A stretch of 31,869 nucleotides of DNA from Candidatus Aenigmatarchaeota archaeon (lineage in GTDB: Archaea > Aenigmatarchaeota > Aenigmatarchaeia > JACPZZ01), in the NCBI GenBank assembly GCA_043806535.1, contig JAZDGV010000100.1:1-31869 (forward strand), given 5' to 3'. A model generated the notes under the pieces. That model was given only the letters and a program-made list of their open reading frames with translations, was not told the DNA's origin and made no database searches. Position numbers and translations under genes: made by a program. This document shows, piece by piece, positions 26,405 through 31,869 of the stretch (positions within the stretch are counted from its first letter, which is position 1; each line of letters opens with the position of its first letter).

Positions 26405-27289
26405 ATGAATGACGTCAAGGCTGTTCTTGCCATAATGCTTGTTTTGACGGCGTCCGGATGCACGCAAAGCGATGGAAGCGACAATAATCCGCTCGCAAAC
26501 GACGTCATAATTCTTGAAAGCCTGGAAATCGCTCCGAGCGAAGCTGGCGCTGGCAGGATAGTGACGATAACGGGGTATGTCACCAACAGCGGAAAACAGA
26601 GCGCAGACAATGTCAAAGTAAAACTCGAAGATTACTGTTCCAGCCTTTTCTCGATAGAGAGAAAAACGTGCGACACCGCGTCCGGGAACGATACGTGCGA
26701 TTACGGAACAATGAAGCCGGGCGACTCGAAGAAAATCGGATGGAGGCTCAAAACGCCTAGCGCGGACAAAATCGCTAACCTCGAATTCACCTGCCCGATC
26801 AAAATAAAGGCATATTACTCTTACGTCTCGTCGGGCTCTGCGGATGTCGTTCTGGCGCAGGAGAACGAGAAAGCGCCTGCTCCAACGAGCGCCACGAGCG
26901 ACGGTCCTGTAAAAATATACATCGAAGTCAAAGGACAACCAATCACGCCTAACGTCCCGTATGACGTGGCTGTCACGATAAAGGACGAAGGCGTTGGAAA
27001 AGTGTCAAGCCGATCAATACCAAAGGAAAACTTGGATTTGAATATACCAGCAGAGATTTCCAAAGACCCTGTGTCCGTGTTTGAGACGTGCAACATAACA
27101 AGGGATATTATAATGTCAGAAAAGACGGGTGAGAAGAAAGCCGATACCATATACTGCACGCTTACATCCCCAAGCTTCAGGGACATTGTTTTGACAAAAC
27201 ACGTGACGGCTTCGCTGAAATACGACTATGAATTCGACAACAGCGCAAACCCGCTCACGGTTGTCGTAAAACCTGTCGCAACCGTTTGA
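26405..27289 (+). CDS. Lipoprotein of the YxY...GP paralog family
   Basis: Lipobox LTASG|C; motifs AYYSY, TSDGPV and LKYDY. Start reassigned to ATG 26405 (ORF track start 26021 overlaps the DUF63 gene). Confidence 0.8.
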   Translation: MNDVKAVLAIMLVLTASGCTQSDGSDNNPLANDVIILESLEIAPSEAGAGRIVTITGYVTNSGKQSADNVKVKLEDYCSSLFSIERKTCDTASGNDTCDYGTMKPGDSKKIGWRLKTPSADKIANLEFTCPIKIKAYYSYVSSGSADVVLAQENEKAPAPTSATSDGPVKIYIEVKGQPITPNVPYDVAVTIKDEGVGKVSSRSIPKENLDLNIPAEISKDPVSVFETCNITRDIIMSEKTGEKKADTIYCTLTSPSFRDIVLTKHVTASLKYDYEFDNSANPLTVVVKPVATV

Positions 27290-27336
27290 CAAGCAGAAAC
27301 CAAAGTTATATAATTAAGCGGACAAATTGTGATTAT

Positions 27337-28302
27337 ATGCCAACAAGAAACAGTTTGGTTGCTTTGTTTGGAATCCTTCTCGTGCTAGCCGCGTCCGGGT
27401 GCACTGGACTCATCAGCGGACTCGGCGGCGGAACGACTACTTCCGCAGGAGGCTCTGTGACAATCACCAGTTTTACATCAGATGAGACAAATATCGAAGG
27501 CAACCAGAAAATCGCTCTCACCATGGAAATAAAGAACCAAGGCGACTCGACAGCGAGAAGCGTCAAGGCGCAACTTACCACGCTCGATTTGGCCTGTGCG
27601 CAGGCGTCGTGCGCTGCGACCGACACCCAATGGGGGCTTCTCAACGGGCAGAGAGACGCGGTGATATCGGATTTGAAAGTCGTGGCGGTTGGAGAAGAAG
27701 CGGTTCCAAGAACATATACGTGGAGGGTACAGGCGCCAAAGTTGCCTGCCAACATGGTGCAAACTTATGATGCGCTTGCAAGGGTTTCATACTCATACTC
27801 GACAGAGACTTCAAGGCTCATCAGGATAGTTTCAAAAGATGAATACGACAGTCTCAAACAAGCAGGGCAATTGCCGCCTGTCCATACAACCGTGACTTCC
27901 AACGGACCCATCGGAATCGATGTCACTGTCAAGGAGCCGATAAAAATCGAGGATGCCATGGAGAGTTTCATGCTGTCCATCACGCTGAAAAACCTTGCGG
28001 GCGGAACTGTTTACGCTGACAACATAGACGCCAGCAGCGACAGGAACAAGATGTGGGTAAAGCTGTTCTTGACGCCTGGAATTGGGCTTCTTGGCTCCGG
28101 AGACGCGGAATGCAACAGGCTGGTAAGCGATGCGAAAGGTCTTTTGGCAGAATTGAATAAAGGCACGTTCACGATACAATGCGAGTTTTCCAGCAACAGG
28201 CCGATAGCGTCGATTGATAAGGAAATCCGAATAAAGGCGCAATACGGATATTTCAGCGATTCCACAGTAAAGATAACCGTGACCGGGAAAACAAGATACT
28301 AA
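27337..28302 (+). CDS. Lipoprotein of the YxY...GP paralog family
   Basis: Lipobox LAASG|C; motifs VSYSY, TSNGPI and AQYGY. Start reassigned to ATG 27337. Confidence 0.8.
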   Translation: MPTRNSLVALFGILLVLAASGCTGLISGLGGGTTTSAGGSVTITSFTSDETNIEGNQKIALTMEIKNQGDSTARSVKAQLTTLDLACAQASCAATDTQWGLLNGQRDAVISDLKVVAVGEEAVPRTYTWRVQAPKLPANMVQTYDALARVSYSYSTETSRLIRIVSKDEYDSLKQAGQLPPVHTTVTSNGPIGIDVTVKEPIKIEDAMESFMLSITLKNLAGGTVYADNIDASSDRNKMWVKLFLTPGIGLLGSGDAECNRLVSDAKGLLAELNKGTFTIQCEFSSNRPIASIDKEIRIKAQYGYFSDSTVKITVTGKTRY

Positions 28303-29588
28303 TTTTTCTTCAGGAAGTCTTCCAAGCCGCGCTGCGCTATCCTTGATTTTTTTATTTCAACGTTGTCGCCGTTGAACAGCGGAATGCCGTAAACGCCGTC
28401 ATAACCTGGAATGTATTTCACTCCGCTTTCCCTGACCTTGATTATCGCTTCTGCAATTTTCTCCGTTGTCACTGTTTTCAGTTCCTCGGCGCCCGCATTC
28501 AAAAGAACATTTAACTCTGGCCCGAATTTTGCAACAATCTTGTCGTGCTCTGCCATGACTTTTTGCGAATAAAGCTGGCTTATTCCCAGCACGTGCGATA
28601 TTATTTCATAAAGCGGGAGCAAAGTCTTGAACGGTATCGCGTTCTTTGGGACAAATCCTTCTCTTCTGTCGGCCAGCTGCTCAACTCGATTAAGAACGCC
28701 TATCGTGAGCGGCCTTCTGCACTTCGGGCATATCTCATTCAATTTTTTTGATTCATCCGGCGTTAATGATACGTTGCAATCACGGTGCCCGTCATAATGA
28801 TATTTCCCATAGTTTGGGTCTGTCTCTATCGTATAAAGAAATTTTCTTTTGTCCTTTGTTTTTATCGCGTCAACCATCTCCGCGTAAGAGATTTTTTCCA
28901 AGTCGAAAACGTTGGCTTCTCGTCCGAGCCGCCACGACCATGGCGAGTGGGCGTCGGAATTTGAAATCAACGCGACGTTGTCCAACTGCGACAGCCGCCA
29001 GTTCATCGCCGGATCGGATGAGAGTCCTGTTTCAATCGCGAATATATTTTTCGTTTGGTCCTCGAAACATTCCTGCAGGCCGTCAAATCCTGACTTTGAC
29101 CCGAACACCGAGAACCACGGCGTCCAGGCGTGCGCAGGAATTACCATGACGTCTTTGGATATTTTTGTCATCATTTCCATGAACGCGGCGCACGTAATCT
29201 TCCCGAAAATAGGACGGCCGTCCGCTGAAAGGTTTCCGCGCTTCCCAAGTTCGTCGTTGATTTGTTCAACAATCTCAAAACTCGGAGCGAGAATGATGTT
29301 GTGTACTTTTCTTACTTTCTCGCCGTCGGAATAAATCAGCGCTATCTCGGCCGAAAGAGCGAACAGAACGTCCTGCGAATTTTTTGTCGTAAAGAACCCG
29401 CTTTGGTCCTTTTCGGACAAATCTTTTTTCAGTTCGTTGAAATGCAGCGGATGAGTGAAGTCGCCTGTGCCCAAAAGATTCAGACCTTTGATTGCGGCGA
29501 ACCTTTCCAAATCGTGTATGTTCATCTGCGGCGACGTGGCTCTGCTGTATTTCGAATGCAAGTGAAGATCTGCGATGATTTGCATCAT
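28299..29588 (-). CDS. Endonuclease Q family (PHP-domain) DNA repair nuclease
   Basis: ADLHLHSKYSRATS, GTGDFTHP, PAHAWTPWFS, NSDAHS, GKYHYDGHRDC...CPKC and PGYDGVYG motifs. Start reassigned to 29588. Confidence 0.88.
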   Translation of the reverse strand: MMQIIADLHLHSKYSRATSPQMNIHDLERFAAIKGLNLLGTGDFTHPLHFNELKKDLSEKDQSGFFTTKNSQDVLFALSAEIALIYSDGEKVRKVHNIILAPSFEIVEQINDELGKRGNLSADGRPIFGKITCAAFMEMMTKISKDVMVIPAHAWTPWFSVFGSKSGFDGLQECFEDQTKNIFAIETGLSSDPAMNWRLSQLDNVALISNSDAHSPWSWRLGREANVFDLEKISYAEMVDAIKTKDKRKFLYTIETDPNYGKYHYDGHRDCNVSLTPDESKKLNEICPKCRRPLTIGVLNRVEQLADRREGFVPKNAIPFKTLLPLYEIISHVLGISQLYSQKVMAEHDKIVAKFGPELNVLLNAGAEELKTVTTEKIAEAIIKVRESGVKYIPGYDGVYGIPLFNGDNVEIKKSRIAQRGLEDFLKKN

Positions 29589-29711
29589 GAAACACCTTGT
29601 ATTTGGTTTGTTTCTGCATGACAAGAATGCTTTCTGTGATACAGATTCCACATTCTTGTCATAAACAATAAATTGCACTGGAAAATTAATAAATGGGTCT
29701 TTTGTCTATGT

Positions 29712-29761
29712 GTTTCTTTTCCGATAACTTACCGCTTTTCTTTACCAAAGAAAAGGGGTAG
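29712..29761 (-). repeat. tRNA-3'-flanking hairpin element, family A
   Basis: Minus strand reads CTACCCCTTTTCTTTGGTAAAGAAAAGCGGTAAGTTATCGGAAAAGAAAC, starting 1 nt after the tRNA-Ile discriminator base. Confidence 0.85.
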
Positions 29762-29762
29762 A

Positions 29763-29892
29763 TGGGCTCGACCGGATTCGAACCGGTGACCCACGGCATT
29801 TACGCTCAGTGGCCTTATAAGACCGTCGCTCTATCCAGAAGCCACAGTTCCTTTGAACACATTTGGCTTGGACCAGGCTGAGCTACGAGCCC
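29763..29892 (-). tRNA. tRNA-Ile(TAT) with two non-canonical introns (D-loop 20a/21, 29833-29870; 38/39, 29798-29814)
   Basis: Spliced 75-nt cloverleaf GGGCTCG..AGCCTGGTCA..ACGGT-CTTATAA-GCCGT..CGAGCCC-A. Intron 1 BHB: CTGG/CTGG central helix plus AAGCCA/TGGCTT. Intron 2 relaxed BHB: TTAT/GTAA. Confidence 0.85.
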
Positions 29893-29922
29893 ATTGCACT
29901 AAGAATTAAAGCTACGCTGAAA

Positions 29923-29930
29923 CTTATAAA
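29923..29930 (-). promoter_or_regulatory. Putative TATA box of tRNA-Ile
   Basis: TTTATAAG on the minus strand about 30 nt upstream of the tRNA +1 position. Confidence 0.45.
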
Positions 29931-29936
29931 TTAAAC

Positions 29937-30965
29937 TCAACCGCAGGATGCACTAGTGGGCGTGTCGCCACTGCCGCCGGATAATGTCTGGGAACATTCC
30001 GAAGGCGCTGTGTTGAATCCTTGGCAAATCAGCGATTTCAAGTTCTCCGGCGACCATCGATAACCGGCTGGATTCAATTTGAAACCGTTCAATAGAATTG
30101 ATTCCGAGCCGTGAACATTGTTCTGGTCTGCCGTATTTGAATTTCCCTGCAATGTATCATACCAGCCATAATCCGACATGCAGACGTTAATCTTATTGAC
30201 ATCCGCGCCAGCCGCATTTATCGATTTGTCGACATCACTGGAACTGGCAAACTCTGCAATGTATTCCCATAGGCCGTCTTTGCCATATTCCTTCAGAACG
30301 CACGCTTGCCTCTCGCTTTCCAGTGCCTCTGTTTTGCCGTGCAAACCGCAAGAGTAAATCGTCTTCCCGTTTATAACATAGCTGTTGCAACACGTTTTCA
30401 CCGCATCATCGGTGGTTTTGCCTTGCCCGTCAAAGCAGCTCTGGGCGGCCACATCTTTGCTGTCGGTTACGGGTCCGATGAAAATTAGATTGAAATCGGC
30501 ATTGTTTTTCAATAAGTCGTACGCGGGTTTCATCACCGCCTCTCCCTGCTTCCCATATGGGCAGTTTGCCCATACATACAAATCAACTGCGGGCTTGTCT
30601 GTTTTTGTTATTGCCTGCGGCAACGTTGTGGTTGTGCTCTGAGGCTTCAGACTGGCGGGTTGTGAAAGAAACACGTAAGCGCCGTCTTTTGTGACATATA
30701 TCGGAATTTCCTGCCCCTGATAAAGCGTTGTTACTTCATAGAAAGCGCCTGAATCTTTGACGGAAACAAAACTGACGCCCCCGCCCTGGACAATGTTGCC
30801 GTTGATGTAATCTATCGCCTTGGTTGCCAAATCCTTCGAATTCAAAGACATTCCGTTGAAATTGAAAACAATCAGGACAATCAGCAAAAAAAGCGTGGAA
30901 GCCATCCACAAGTCGAATTTCGGGAGCTTCATTGAAATTGATTTTTTGTGTTCCGGCATTGCCAC
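29937..30965 (-). CDS. Membrane-anchored thioredoxin-fold (DsbA/GILT-like) protein
   Basis: N-terminal TM helix, DLYVWANCPYG, HG..E...RQAC and VHGSESILLNG; 10 cysteines. Confidence 0.7.
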   Translation of the reverse strand: MAMPEHKKSISMKLPKFDLWMASTLFLLIVLIVFNFNGMSLNSKDLATKAIDYINGNIVQGGGVSFVSVKDSGAFYEVTTLYQGQEIPIYVTKDGAYVFLSQPASLKPQSTTTTLPQAITKTDKPAVDLYVWANCPYGKQGEAVMKPAYDLLKNNADFNLIFIGPVTDSKDVAAQSCFDGQGKTTDDAVKTCCNSYVINGKTIYSCGLHGKTEALESERQACVLKEYGKDGLWEYIAEFASSSDVDKSINAAGADVNKINVCMSDYGWYDTLQGNSNTADQNNVHGSESILLNGFKLNPAGYRWSPENLKSLICQGFNTAPSECSQTLSGGSGDTPTSASCG

Positions 30966-31104
30966 ACCCTTCTGGCGCTTCGCTTTGCGCGTTTTGTTGA
31001 ATATTACATGGGGTCTTTTAAGTTTTTAATTGTTTTTGCCCCCTTAGATATGTATTTATGTACGCACGAGGACATAAATTATGAATCAATTTCAGTGATG
31101 ATTT

Positions 31105-31869
31105 ATGGCACAATCGCAACCTATGGTCGGACAGTTTGGTGGGCAGCCGATATTAATACTGCCCGAAGGGTCCCTAAGAACCACTGGCAAGGATGCGCAG
31201 AGAAACAACATCGCAGCCGCCAGGGCTGTCGGAGAAACTGTCCGCACAACACTCGGCCCGAAAGGCATGGACAAGATGCTGGTCGATTCTCTGGGAGACG
31301 TTGTCATAAGCAACGACGGGGCGACCATACTTGGCGCGATGGAAATAGAGCATCCAGCCGCAAAAATGATGGTTGAAATTTCAAAGACGCAGGACGAGGA
31401 AGTAGGCGACGGAACGACCACGGTTGTGGTGATCGCTGCGGAACTGCTGAAAAAAGCGGAGGAGCTTCTCGACCAGAACGTGCATCCAAGCATCATAACA
31501 AAGGGCATAGGCGTTGCCAAGGAAAAAGCCCTGGAAGTTCTTGAAAAAATCTCGAAACCGATTGGGATAAACGATGATGCGATTCTTGAAAAAATCGGGG
31601 TGACTTCGATGAGCTCGAAGTCGGTCGGATAAGCCCCGGAAAGGCTTTCAAAAATAATCGTCCAAGCAATAAAAGAAGTTGCGGACAATGTTAACGGAAA
31701 AATCAAGATAGACATAGATAACATCAAACTCGAGAAGAAGCAGGGCGGGTCGATAGAAGACACCGAATTGATCAAAGGAATAGTGATAGACAAAGAGGTT
31801 GTTCATACGGCGATGCCGAAGCGCGTTGAGAATGCGCGAATCGCATTGGTCGACTGTGCGTTGGAAGTT
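31105..31869 (+). CDS. Thermosome (group II chaperonin) subunit, 3'-truncated by the window, with an in-frame TAA at 31630-31632
   Basis: [19 protein letters not shown] and GDGTTT motifs. After the TAA the same frame continues with [24 protein letters not shown]...[12 protein letters not shown] to the window end. Confidence 0.9.

Noticed and set aside
29798-29821. Alternative readings of the minus-strand tRNA (GTA/Tyr anticodon, or an intron at 37/38)
   Set aside because: Neither gives a paired BHB central helix; there is no long variable arm or other Tyr feature, and the body is Ile-like.
22360-29892. Integrated element or genomic island bounded by tRNA att sites
   Set aside because: No integrase, no duplicated tRNA 3' end and no obvious compositional break were seen; the enclosed genes look like native envelope genes.
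31630-31632. Genome-wide TAA reassignment, or a BHB mRNA intron removing the stop
   Set aside because: TAA terminates nop5 and other genes at their expected ends, and the flanking residues appear collinear with thermosome homologues with no inserted segment.

Overview
Archaeal chromosomal window, most likely from a DPANN-type lineage (inference from gene content, tRNA-Ile(UAU) and the many small surface proteins; no phylogeny was run). Housekeeping genes: nop5 (5'-truncated by the window), fibrillarin, IleRS, ArgRS, PINA-type ATPase, AdoMet decarboxylase, TtuA/NcsA plus a ubiquitin-like sulfur carrier, EndoQ-like nuclease, and a thermosome subunit carrying one in-frame TAA. Envelope genes: GT2, a GT-C-like membrane protein, a 1.2-kaa sequon-dense surface protein and a paralogous lipoprotein family. 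There are six tRNA genes; five are interrupted by six bulge-helix-bulge (BHB) introns at positions 20a/21, 37/38, 38/39 and 59/60. The main unexplained signal is a family of short structured hairpin elements. Related sequences occur both as tRNA introns and as free-standing copies 1-2 nt downstream of tRNA 3' ends, and a second REP-like palindrome family is scattered between genes and nested inside one intron. All alignments and folds were done by eye, so they need computational confirmation.
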